IMG/VR virus record: IMGVR_UViG_3300014720_000001
Coordinates: 1-64,000 of that record
DNA length: 64,000 nucleotides
Reading direction: 5' to 3' (one strand)
How positions within the stretch are numbered: position 1 is the stretch's first letter; each line of letters opens with the position of its first letter. The position numbers and the translations under genes are program-made. Of this stretch, positions 16,626-31,422 are shown piece by piece. The notes beneath the pieces were generated by a model. It did not search any database, was not told the origin of the DNA, and was given only the letters and a program-made list of their open reading frames with translations.

Positions 16626-16990
16626 GGGTAGGCGTGCCTCTGTGGCGTCGTGCCGTCAGGCGGCGCGTAATATATTGTAACACCCGTCGTTTCGATATTT
16701 GGCGTTTTGGCGACGAACTGAATAAATTGCCGCATCAGTTCTTGGTCGCCTTCTTTTGACGCGTTTAAAATATCAATAAACGCGGTCATGCACGGCGACA
16801 ACGCGTTGTTGTCTGCGCGACAGCGGCAGCCGCGTTCTTTGGCTGACTGTTCGTACGCCGCGTGGCAGTTATCAAACGTTTCTTTTAACGCCAGCATTCC
16901 GGGGACAGCGGTGTAGAAAACGTCCTGCCGCCCAAACTGCATTATGTTATCTCGGCTAATCGAGATCATGCGCGTAATGCGCTGCGTCAT
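16622..16990 (-). CDS. hypothetical protein
   Basis: 122-aa ORF with a CRCR motif; 4-nt overlap with the next gene. Confidence 0.7.
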   Translation of the reverse strand: MTQRITRMISISRDNIMQFGRQDVFYTAVPGMLALKETFDNCHAAYEQSAKERGCRCRADNNALSPCMTAFIDILNASKEGDQELMRQFIQFVAKTPNIETTGVTIYYAPPDGTTPQRHAYP

Positions 16991-17042
16991 AACATGGCCC
17001 TCGGGGATATGGCCGCATTCTAATCGTCGCGTACAAATGACG

Positions 17043-22800
<5,758 letters not shown>

Positions 22801-22801
22801 G

Positions 22802-23713
22802 TTATGTGCAGTTCACTTGCGCGTTTGGTTTCTTTTGCACGGTGATTGTGCCGTTATCGATAAGGATGTTAATCCCCGCGCCGCCGACAAGGTTAACGTT
22901 AGGTCCGCCCATGCCGTTGACTGTAGAGATTAGCTCGTTGCATGCCGGGCCGCCGCTGTAAAATTTGCTGTTTTCCGGCAACGGCTCGCCGACGTACAGC
23001 GGTACTTCTCCATTATTCTCGCACAGCTCGGCGCTAGTATCTCCAGCGCCCGCGCCTTTGGACGCGGTGACGGCAAGCTCATTGGCGCGGTCGGTCTGTG
23101 TGATCAGACAGTTATACCCTTCTTTTAAACGAATGTCGCCCTTCATGCACCGGGCGTTTAACACAATCGGGCGGTTGTCATTGATATCTGTAACGCCGCA
23201 CGGGGGGACTTTTACGCGGGCATAGTTTCCGACGCTGATAGACCGCAAGTATGCCTTGTTTAAGTTTTGAATACGGCTCGGCTCGATTTGGTAGTCGTTG
23301 ACCTGAAGCGTCCAGACGTTATTGACAGCGGCTACGTTAAATGCGGCTAGTAGCGCAGCCAGCGGCCCGGTCGCGATAAACCCGGACCAGATCGGTTCAT
23401 CGGCGCACGGGTTTGTCGTATCCGCGTCCGACTCGCTGTGCGCAATTGCCCACTCGTCGTCTATGTTGGCGCTAAACGTAAGGGCAGCCGGCGTTGCGTT
23501 TGTCTGAAATACAAAGTCAAACAAGTTGCCAGTTTTTGTCACAGACGCGAGCCACACAGTGTGTTCAGTCTCGTCGTAGCGCGCGTCGAGACCCATGATG
23601 AACCCGGCGTCCAGAATGGCGCTTGTGGGCAGCGCCGGAAGCGTTGCGGGTTTGTTGTAGACGAACGGATACGCGCGGTACTCGTTATCGTTGTAAAAGC
23701 CGGGACGAGGCAT
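22802..23713 (-). CDS. baseplate/fibre-associated protein, paralog 5 of a five-gene array
   Basis: [22 protein letters not shown] and STVNG motifs shared with the four upstream genes. Confidence 0.75.
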   Translation of the reverse strand: MPRPGFYNDNEYRAYPFVYNKPATLPALPTSAILDAGFIMGLDARYDETEHTVWLASVTKTGNLFDFVFQTNATPAALTFSANIDDEWAIAHSESDADTTNPCADEPIWSGFIATGPLAALLAAFNVAAVNNVWTLQVNDYQIEPSRIQNLNKAYLRSISVGNYARVKVPPCGVTDINDNRPIVLNARCMKGDIRLKEGYNCLITQTDRANELAVTASKGAGAGDTSAELCENNGEVPLYVGEPLPENSKFYSGGPACNELISTVNGMGGPNVNLVGGAGINILIDNGTITVQKKPNAQVNCT

Positions 23714-24489
23714 TAGACGACGCTCCTGTCGACCGTATCAATGACGATTGTCTCGTCGTCGGCGTAAATTCGCAACACTGTGTCTGGGGCGGCTTGGTCT
23801 GTTGCTGTAAACGTAAAATTACCAAACTCGTCCGGGCCGCAGCCGTTGATCGTTTTGAGATATCGTTTCGTTGGGAAATCCTCGCTTTGCGGCTCGCACA
23901 GAAATCGGCGGAAAAGCGGCACGCCAATAATATCAATACGAATCACGCCCGGGCCGTCTTGCCGCAGGACAACACCCTGATCACCAACAAGCCAGACGTC
24001 GCCGGTCAGAAACTGTTTTGTTTCCGGTCGAAGCGCCCGCACGCCCGGCTCGTTCGCTGGAATTGCAACGCTAGAAACAAACTCAGTCTGCGCGAGCGTA
24101 AATTCGTACGTGCCGACGCCCCAGCCGGAAAACCGGGCCAACTCTGTCGGTGTAGACAGCAGCATGCCGGCTGGGCGGCCGTACTGATCTTCAAACAGCA
24201 AGACGCCGTCGGCGGGCGGGCTGAGTGGGTTGTATGTTGTCGTCGCGCGGGCGGCTAGTTCTGCGTCGCCGACTGTGATTGTCAGCGTCTGCGTCGTCAC
24301 TGTGATTGCCGAGATATACACACGCTGCTGCCCGCCAATAATGAAAAAAGACGCGTCAATAAACGTATCTGGCGCAATTGAAATGCTGGCGTCAGCTTCG
24401 CTTTGCAGCGTGGCGGAATCGGCAAACGGGTAGCGTGACGCTGCCTGCTCGTCGCGAAACTCGGGAAATAGAATTCGAGCGCCTGACAT
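23713..24489 (-). CDS. baseplate/fibre-associated protein, paralog 4
   Basis: SRYPF, GDVWLVGDQGV and KTINGCGPDEFGN motifs. Confidence 0.75.
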   Translation of the reverse strand: MSGARILFPEFRDEQAASRYPFADSATLQSEADASISIAPDTFIDASFFIIGGQQRVYISAITVTTQTLTITVGDAELAARATTTYNPLSPPADGVLLFEDQYGRPAGMLLSTPTELARFSGWGVGTYEFTLAQTEFVSSVAIPANEPGVRALRPETKQFLTGDVWLVGDQGVVLRQDGPGVIRIDIIGVPLFRRFLCEPQSEDFPTKRYLKTINGCGPDEFGNFTFTATDQAAPDTVLRIYADDETIVIDTVDRSVV

Positions 24490-26219
24490 TACTGCACCAC
24501 AAATTTGTTGAAGAACGTCGACGCTTGATTGGTAAACAAACCAATTGAACCGGTGACAGCGCCCGGGTTTGTAAGATCCGTAAACCCACTCAGCGGTTGC
24601 GCGCCGTCAAGCTCTGCTACAGAGAACGTGACCGTCAAATTGGTGCCGTTCAAATTCAGGCTCGCGTACATGCGATACCACGTATTTGTTTTAGCGTTAT
24701 AGTTGACTGCCAGCTCTTCTGTGAAAACGTTGTCCGTGTAGCGCAGCACCCGAACCTTTCCGCGCGTGCCGTCTACGAGTACGACGACGTAACGCGTGAC
24801 TACCTGATCGAGTTCTAACGTCTGTACGTAATTTAATACGAGGCCGCCGTTACGCGCTGCACCGTTTGTACCCAGTTTAAACTCGGTCATGATCGAGTGA
24901 TTGAGTGCCCAATCGGTCGCGCAGTTTTTCAACACGGCGATATTCAAACCACCAATCCCGGTTGCAACGTACGTGCCGTGGTTTGTAAGCCCGGCGCCGA
25001 TGTTGGGTTGAAATTCACCGGGGCTGCAGTTACCGCAGATCGGCGGCGCAAGTGTTTCTTGCGGAGCGAACGCGCCGGTTTTAGTAACAAAATGCGCGCT
25101 CGGCTGGCACGACCCGAAGTCAATACACAGCGGCAGCGGCATGCAAGGATAGTTGGGTGTCTCCAGCGTCTCGTCTACGATCAAGTCGATGGCTTGCGTC
25201 GGGTCCGGCCAGCAGTATTCGTCCAGCACGATGTCTGTGTCTTCGTAATTAGCGCCGGTCCAGCGGTACACCTTGTTTGTGTCGTAAGCAACGTACAGTT
25301 GATTAAGCTCGCCCGCCGCAGGAAAGTCATCGCGCGTCGGGCGCATGATGACATTTTCGCCGGTTAAGTCACAGCACAAGTCTTTGAACTCTTGTGGTGG
25401 TTTTGGCTTATTCGCGTCGCACACTTCTTGCAGACCGGTTTCCGTGACTATGTCTGCGCCGCCGCAATCTTCAAAGTTAATTGCGTTGAAACCGTCAAAG
25501 ATAATGTCAATGTTGCCGTCGCAGTCTGGCGCCACGCCATTGATCGTTTCAATCGGCGACTTAGCGCACGTGCCGCTCTCCGGGCGCTGCGCGCATGGAC
25601 CTAAAAACGTGGACAGCGGGTTGTAATCGCCAGTGACCAGCGCGCTATCGAGGCGAAATACGATCGCCGGGTAATCTACCGACTCGTATTCGATCGTTTC
25701 GTATTTGGCGGTCACCGGCGATGTGCCGAGCAAGTTTACGACGCCCTGTAATGACGTGCCGAGATTAATTTTGCCGAGTGTCGGAATGGGGAGCGGGCGA
25801 TACGGGCGCGCGTTGCGTGGTTGCACCAGCGTCTGCCGCGCCGTGCTGTAGCGCCCCGCAAACGGCGTATCGACGCCCGGGCCGAAGGCGACCCAGCCGG
25901 ACACGCCCGGGACAAGCGGCGTAACCAGATAATTTACGTATGGCGTAACAGGCCGCGGCGCTGAGACAGCGCAAAGCGTCGGGCCGCTTTCGTCCAGTCC
26001 GTTAACGACGCCAAAAAGTATTGTTGCGATGCCAGCGGATACAGTGATCCCCTGCACATATACGTACTCGCCCAGCGGGCTTGGAAAACGGATGTGGCAG
26101 TCAACAATGATATCTTCGCGAATAAACGCGCCGGCATCGTCGACACCTGTCGAGATGTCGTCGAGCGGGTAGCGCCGCGTAGACTGCAGGTTGTACCAAT
26201 TTTGATTACGAATCGCCAT
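24489..26219 (-). CDS. baseplate/fibre-associated protein, paralog 3, with beta-rich (lectin-like) C-terminal domain
   Basis: WYNLQSTRRYPL, GVVNLLG and ETINGVAPDCDGN motifs; C-terminal GGLVLNY...NTWYRMYASL...GSIGLF resembles a ConA-like beta-sandwich. Confidence 0.72.
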   Translation of the reverse strand: MAIRNQNWYNLQSTRRYPLDDISTGVDDAGAFIREDIIVDCHIRFPSPLGEYVYVQGITVSAGIATILFGVVNGLDESGPTLCAVSAPRPVTPYVNYLVTPLVPGVSGWVAFGPGVDTPFAGRYSTARQTLVQPRNARPYRPLPIPTLGKINLGTSLQGVVNLLGTSPVTAKYETIEYESVDYPAIVFRLDSALVTGDYNPLSTFLGPCAQRPESGTCAKSPIETINGVAPDCDGNIDIIFDGFNAINFEDCGGADIVTETGLQEVCDANKPKPPQEFKDLCCDLTGENVIMRPTRDDFPAAGELNQLYVAYDTNKVYRWTGANYEDTDIVLDEYCWPDPTQAIDLIVDETLETPNYPCMPLPLCIDFGSCQPSAHFVTKTGAFAPQETLAPPICGNCSPGEFQPNIGAGLTNHGTYVATGIGGLNIAVLKNCATDWALNHSIMTEFKLGTNGAARNGGLVLNYVQTLELDQVVTRYVVVLVDGTRGKVRVLRYTDNVFTEELAVNYNAKTNTWYRMYASLNLNGTNLTVTFSVAELDGAQPLSGFTDLTNPGAVTGSIGLFTNQASTFFNKFVVQ

Positions 26220-26222
26220 GGT

Positions 26223-27833
26223 TTAGCACGGTGCTTCTGTTTTGCCTTCGGCGTTACAAAACAACGTCTGTGTTGTTTCAGCAAGCGCGGCAAGGGGCGG
26301 TAATCCGTCGTTCAAGAGCTGCCCGCAGTTTGTAAGAATCGGTTGGTTTGTGGCTGCGTTAGCGCCCGTCAGCATACCAGTTACAACGTATGGCCCGCGG
26401 GCACGTGTATCTTCAACGGCCGGGTTTGTCGGATCATATTGCGAAAACTTCAATCGAAACTGGACATACGCAGAGTCACCCGGTTTGAGCTGAGGAAAGA
26501 CGGCAGAGTATTGAAAACCGTCTCCCGAGACCGAGATACCGACGCCACGACCGCGAATACCCGGGGCGTACATAGACGTATATCCGCACTCCAGTGTCGG
26601 CCGCACGGCGACGGAGGTTTGCGTTTCCGGATCTGCTGGCACAAAATTTCCGCTGACTGTTAATGTCAGTGTGACCCGCGTCGGCTCCACGCACGTTTCG
26701 CAGGGGTTGCACAGCATCATGACAATGTCCATGTACGGACACCGCTGCGGCACCATGAGTAGGCGCAGCGGTTGTTGCACGCTGCACGATCGCTGATCAA
26801 GCCAGCGCGCAATGTTGTTCTCGTGTTCTGTGCGCACCTTTTCTGCGCGCTGGCCGATGAGCTTGTAGCGATAACTGGTTTCGTTCATGTACTTGGCGGT
26901 GTTTGCATAGTCGTCACAACCGCAGCACGGATCGCAGTCAGCGCCTATTTGTTGGTGCGCGGTAGTCGACGGGTTTACCGGGTATGGCGCAGTCAGGCCG
27001 ACCGTCACCGGTCGTCGCAACCACAGGCAGTCAGTCGCAGCCAGTCGGAAGTCTCCGACCGTTGCGGTCACGCCGTTGATCTTTGTGATCGGTACCGCAA
27101 CGCCGCCGGGGCAGTTCCCGTACCGTCCCAATCCCGTCCCAGCCACCGCGCGAAAATTTACTGACGTCACGTTACGGAAATTTTTTACTTCACTGACGCC
27201 GGGCACGATTTCTGTGTTGTAGCCGTTTACAAACTTAAAGCTTCCCTGATAGCGCGCGGTAGTGGTCTGACCGTTACGTACCCGCATAGACAGCAGGCGC
27301 CGCGGCATTTTGTACACCGCACGCTCGTCAAGGCGCGCGTTTGCCGGCGTAAGCGATTTATTGTAGTTGCGGCGCGTATCGTCGTCGGTCTGCCCGTTGT
27401 CTTCGTCTGGCCACGTGTTGTAGCGCACCAGCCGGCATACCGCTCGTGCGGTTTTCCACTCGTATATCGTGTAATCGGCGCTCCACGGCTGCGCGTTAAA
27501 CGTTGTGCCGGGCAGCGTAGTGTCGATAATGACGCGATTCAACGAGTCGACAATGACGATGTCTGCCGCGTGCGTCGGCGTCGGAAAACCACTGGCTGGT
27601 GTGTTTTCAACGCAGCCCAACCCGTATAGATATTTAATTCGCATCGGGTGGGCAGCGGGCGTGACTGCTGGGTCATACTCGCCGGCGTCGTCATACGACA
27701 GGTGCAAGTCGGCAATGAGGTAGCGAATATCAGCTGATGGTGCGACCAGCGGATAGTCCAACCCGCTCTGCGGCTGCACTACGCCGAGCCCGGCGCGACC
27801 GTGTTTAGATAGTTGAAAATCGGGGCATGTCAT
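26223..27833 (-). CDS. baseplate/fibre-associated protein, paralog 2
   Basis: LDYPL, GSFKFVNGYN and TKING motifs, then CDPCCGC followed by a coiled-coil-like segment. Confidence 0.72.
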   Translation of the reverse strand: MTCPDFQLSKHGRAGLGVVQPQSGLDYPLVAPSADIRYLIADLHLSYDDAGEYDPAVTPAAHPMRIKYLYGLGCVENTPASGFPTPTHAADIVIVDSLNRVIIDTTLPGTTFNAQPWSADYTIYEWKTARAVCRLVRYNTWPDEDNGQTDDDTRRNYNKSLTPANARLDERAVYKMPRRLLSMRVRNGQTTTARYQGSFKFVNGYNTEIVPGVSEVKNFRNVTSVNFRAVAGTGLGRYGNCPGGVAVPITKINGVTATVGDFRLAATDCLWLRRPVTVGLTAPYPVNPSTTAHQQIGADCDPCCGCDDYANTAKYMNETSYRYKLIGQRAEKVRTEHENNIARWLDQRSCSVQQPLRLLMVPQRCPYMDIVMMLCNPCETCVEPTRVTLTLTVSGNFVPADPETQTSVAVRPTLECGYTSMYAPGIRGRGVGISVSGDGFQYSAVFPQLKPGDSAYVQFRLKFSQYDPTNPAVEDTRARGPYVVTGMLTGANAATNQPILTNCGQLLNDGLPPLAALAETTQTLFCNAEGKTEAPC

Positions 27834-27836
27834 AAC

Positions 27837-28778
27837 TCACCCCGTTGTGCAGCCGGAATCGCCGAGCTGGCTTCCCAAGACCACAAGGCTCATTTGCGTG
27901 ACCTCAGAGCCCAGCCGAGTAATAAAATTCTGCAGCGTAGTCACACCGTCACCAAAGCGATTGATCTGATTAACAATCGCATCAAGTTCGGTGCAGCCAC
28001 AGCAGGGTTGCGCGCACGTGTCGGCAAACTTTAAACCGTTGCTCATCGGCGTAATCTGAATACAGTCGTCCGGCGCGATGATGAAGTTGCCGTCGGTGCT
28101 GCATACGCCATTAATGCACCGGATGCAGTCACCAATTTCTGGCACTTCGCAGTAGCACTCTTCGTTGAGGTTTGTACCGGAGATGGCGTCAAAGATGATG
28201 TCCGTCTCTGCGCCCGACGTAACCGCCGTAATACGCACGTTGTTCCCGGCGACCAGTGTTACGTCGCCGTAGATGGGCGCGCTGAGTTCGCCGTTGTTGG
28301 ATACGCGCAGCCGAGTAACTGCGCGCAGCGTCGGCCGAATTGCGTCGGTTTCCAGCTCACCCGCCGCGCGCGAAAATGAGTACAGCCCGGGCGGCAGCTG
28401 ATCTACTTCGTCGAGCGCACCCAGCACGACGCGACCAACGCAGTCGTCAAAGTCACCGACACCGCCAAGCGCATACGAGCGGTTTGGCTGGTAATTGCTG
28501 CGGATAATATTGGCCGCGGCAACATCAACTGCGGTGCCGTTGTTATCGTAGCCAACCGTAATATTAAAACCGGTCGGCGCAATCAGCACGCTTCTGATAA
28601 AGAAGTTATTGGGCGCGAAAGCTAATCCAGAATGAATTGGTAAATACAGCGCAACAATAAAGCTGTCAGGCAGTCGAATCGTGCCTGTGCTGTCGAGTTT
28701 GGTGGCGCGCTCTGTCAGCGGGTATGACCGCTGCGAGTTATGGTTGAGCCATTGTAGATTCCAGTTTCCAATCGGCAT
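27837..28778 (-). CDS. baseplate/fibre-associated protein, paralog 1
   Basis: WLNHNSQRSYPL, GDVTLVAGNNV and RCING motifs, then CAQPCCGC followed by a coiled-coil-like segment. Confidence 0.75.
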   Translation of the reverse strand: MPIGNWNLQWLNHNSQRSYPLTERATKLDSTGTIRLPDSFIVALYLPIHSGLAFAPNNFFIRSVLIAPTGFNITVGYDNNGTAVDVAAANIIRSNYQPNRSYALGGVGDFDDCVGRVVLGALDEVDQLPPGLYSFSRAAGELETDAIRPTLRAVTRLRVSNNGELSAPIYGDVTLVAGNNVRITAVTSGAETDIIFDAISGTNLNEECYCEVPEIGDCIRCINGVCSTDGNFIIAPDDCIQITPMSNGLKFADTCAQPCCGCTELDAIVNQINRFGDGVTTLQNFITRLGSEVTQMSLVVLGSQLGDSGCTTG

Positions 28779-28791
28779 TGTGGCTCACCCG

Positions 28792-30756
28792 TTATGTTGC
28801 GCTATAGACGATACCTGTGACGCGCAGTACGCCGATTTCTCCGTATACGTTGTCTTCTACGCGGCCAAGCGTGACGAGTACCGTGTCGCCCTCAGTCACA
28901 GCGAAGGCGGCACTATCGCGCTGAATAGCACGATCAATGTATAAGTTTGCGCTAGAGTTAAACGTGAGGGCTGTGTCGGTCGTGGGTAGGGATTGCCCGT
29001 CGCCTTCCGGCGTAGGCGGCCGCGCAATAATACGCCGCGTCATGTAAAGTGACGGCATAACCTTGCGCTGCGATTGTGTGCCGTCGCGGCCGAACAACTG
29101 CACGCGAATTTTCATCATCAGGTTGTCGCCGAGATTGCTGCCCGGTACGTTAAACCGCAACCGCAACAACGCTGCTTGACTACCCGGGAAACCCAGATAC
29201 GGGATGTCCATATACAAGCGCTCAACGGTATCGCTCAGCCGAATGATCTGCGGCGAAATTTCGCGTTCAACAAGTTGATCTGTGTAGTCAATTTTAAGTA
29301 AGCCCTGATGCAGTGTAATCGGGGCAGTGGTCGTTAAATTGAATTGCTGCTTTTCGCTAGTTGTGAGCACGCGCGGTGTGCCGCGCGACCCGCGAATAGA
29401 AATTTGGCTTGACGTTGTAAACGCGCCCTCAGCCACCCAGCCCCGCAGTAATTGATGCCGGTTTACAACACCTTTTACGGCCTGCCCGCCGAGCGCGTCT
29501 GTCGAGGAAATCTGTAGATCAAGATTTAACTGCAGATCGCCCGTAGACGCCGAGGCATCAGCACAATTTGTAATCGAGATCGGACTAGTAACTGTTGTGC
29601 TTGTTGGCGCGGTAGGTGTTGTTGCATTGTTCGCGTCGTCAACATTTTTGACGAGACTTGTTACCGCGTTTCTGTCGTTGCCGGCTAACATCCGGACATA
29701 AATCACCGAAAGGCGCATGTCTTCAAGGCGACAAGGACCAGTTGGACCAGAAACACCTGTTGCGCCTGTCGGACCGGTCGGACCGGTCGGCGCGGGTGGA
29801 TTTGTGATCTGCCAGTCGCGCGGCCACGGTACGTCGCCGTAGCAGTTGCTCATCCACCAGATGCCGTTCATGTCTACGATCGCGGCGCCGTCTGGCCCGA
29901 GCGCGATTTCACTACCACCGCGACGACCTCGTCCCTTGTCCCACACGAGCGCGACCGATTGTAACGGAACTGGCGGCCACGCCTGCGACAACGAAGCGTG
30001 TTGCGCTAAGTTGTAACCGAACAGCGCGCCGGACGGAGCTTTTCCGGCAAACGACGGGTGGTTAGCCGGCAACCAGCCCGGCAAATTTGCGTTGGGGTTG
30101 TTGATGCGGTGTCGTGTGTGGTCGCCGGGATTTGTGAATAACGCGTGCACACCAGCCGGCTCTGTGACAAGCTCAAAACGATAATGCGTGTGCTCGTCAA
30201 TAAAGTCGCGCACACTCGGCATGACCAGCACGCGCGGTACAGTCGTGCAACTATCTTTTGGGCCCTGCACCAGACACACACTTACTGTGACAGGCGGTTT
30301 TTGCTTTACAAGTTTGCCGGCATCAGCTGCGGACAAATAATAACGGCCGGGCGTAATTGGGCCGGCGATCGCGTTTTGCAGTTCCGGCATATCTACAATG
30401 CCGCGCAACACAATGTCGCCGGTTGTTTCCGCGCGTTTTGACAGGCAGATGCCGACGCAGTAAGAGGACGGCTGCATGACCAGCGTCTGCGTTGCCGGCT
30501 CCGGTTCGACAGCCGCCAAAGCGCGTTCGTATCTTTTTTCAACCCAGTTCCAGTAGACGGGTTGACCGGGTAGAACATCCGGCGAAATGCTGACGTTGCT
30601 GTCAACAAGCACGCGACCCAACGCAGCAGCGTCGAGGCGGTCTTTGAGATAATCGGTGCGGTCCTCTAGCGTGCGGTCTGGGCGTGAAACGACACCAGCC
30701 TGTACAGGCTCGCCGGGATTAACATGCTTAATGTTGTGTAGCCAGTTACCGGACAT
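28792..30756 (-). CDS. tail/baseplate structural protein with a short collagen insert
   Basis: GDIVLRGIV...ITPGRYYLSAADAGKLVKQKPP is typical of phage tail proteins; internal [18 protein letters not shown]. Confidence 0.72.
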   Translation of the reverse strand: MSGNWLHNIKHVNPGEPVQAGVVSRPDRTLEDRTDYLKDRLDAAALGRVLVDSNVSISPDVLPGQPVYWNWVEKRYERALAAVEPEPATQTLVMQPSSYCVGICLSKRAETTGDIVLRGIVDMPELQNAIAGPITPGRYYLSAADAGKLVKQKPPVTVSVCLVQGPKDSCTTVPRVLVMPSVRDFIDEHTHYRFELVTEPAGVHALFTNPGDHTRHRINNPNANLPGWLPANHPSFAGKAPSGALFGYNLAQHASLSQAWPPVPLQSVALVWDKGRGRRGGSEIALGPDGAAIVDMNGIWWMSNCYGDVPWPRDWQITNPPAPTGPTGPTGATGVSGPTGPCRLEDMRLSVIYVRMLAGNDRNAVTSLVKNVDDANNATTPTAPTSTTVTSPISITNCADASASTGDLQLNLDLQISSTDALGGQAVKGVVNRHQLLRGWVAEGAFTTSSQISIRGSRGTPRVLTTSEKQQFNLTTTAPITLHQGLLKIDYTDQLVEREISPQIIRLSDTVERLYMDIPYLGFPGSQAALLRLRFNVPGSNLGDNLMMKIRVQLFGRDGTQSQRKVMPSLYMTRRIIARPPTPEGDGQSLPTTDTALTFNSSANLYIDRAIQRDSAAFAVTEGDTVLVTLGRVEDNVYGEIGVLRVTGIVYSAT

Positions 30757-30780
30757 CCTTGTCCTCCGGCGGTTAGTTGA

Positions 30781-31413
30781 TTACAGGAACGCGACATCCC
30801 ACGTGATACCAATCTGGGACGACGCTTCCTTTGTTACTTGATTCGCGCCAGAGAAAACTGTGCGCGCAAATATGACGTCTTTTGACCGGTCGCTCAGTAC
30901 GGGTGCGGCTACAAGCGCTGCAGCGTACACGCGGCTATTGCTTGCACTACTGAACTGTTTACTCGTGCCCGAATAAACAACTCGCGCTTCGGACGTCTGC
31001 GCAAAAAACGTCAATTGGTTTCCGGATTGATTTACGGGCAGGTTTGCTTCGTACCCGGACGACACGCTCAACGCCGGCTCGATGCTCAGCGGCACCCGAA
31101 GAAAATTACGGGTTTGCGAGTCAACAAGCGAGTTGTAGTACGTAATGTCGACGTTACGACCGAAGCTAGGCGTTGAAATTACCTGTTCTGGCGCAGCGTT
31201 CTCGTACTCGATATACATTGCCGAGATGTGATAGTCGAGGCGGTCGGGCTGCCGGCGGTAACCAAGTTGTTTTGCCGCGATGAATCCCCAGCCATATTGA
31301 ATCTGATTCGCTTGCGAAAAGAGCGGTGTTTTCAAACCAGTCTTTTCGTCAATGCGCCACACCGCCACGTGACCGCGTACGCCAAAAGCGGGGATAATGT
31401 TATCAGCAGTCAT
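30781..31413 (-). CDS. baseplate/tail structural protein
   Basis: RGHVAVWRIDE...NQIQ N-terminus and a terminal beta-rich motif (KEASSQIGITWDVAF); position in the baseplate cluster. Confidence 0.65.
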   Translation of the reverse strand: MTADNIIPAFGVRGHVAVWRIDEKTGLKTPLFSQANQIQYGWGFIAAKQLGYRRQPDRLDYHISAMYIEYENAAPEQVISTPSFGRNVDITYYNSLVDSQTRNFLRVPLSIEPALSVSSGYEANLPVNQSGNQLTFFAQTSEARVVYSGTSKQFSSASNSRVYAAALVAAPVLSDRSKDVIFARTVFSGANQVTKEASSQIGITWDVAFL

Positions 31414-31422
31414 GTGTTGTCC

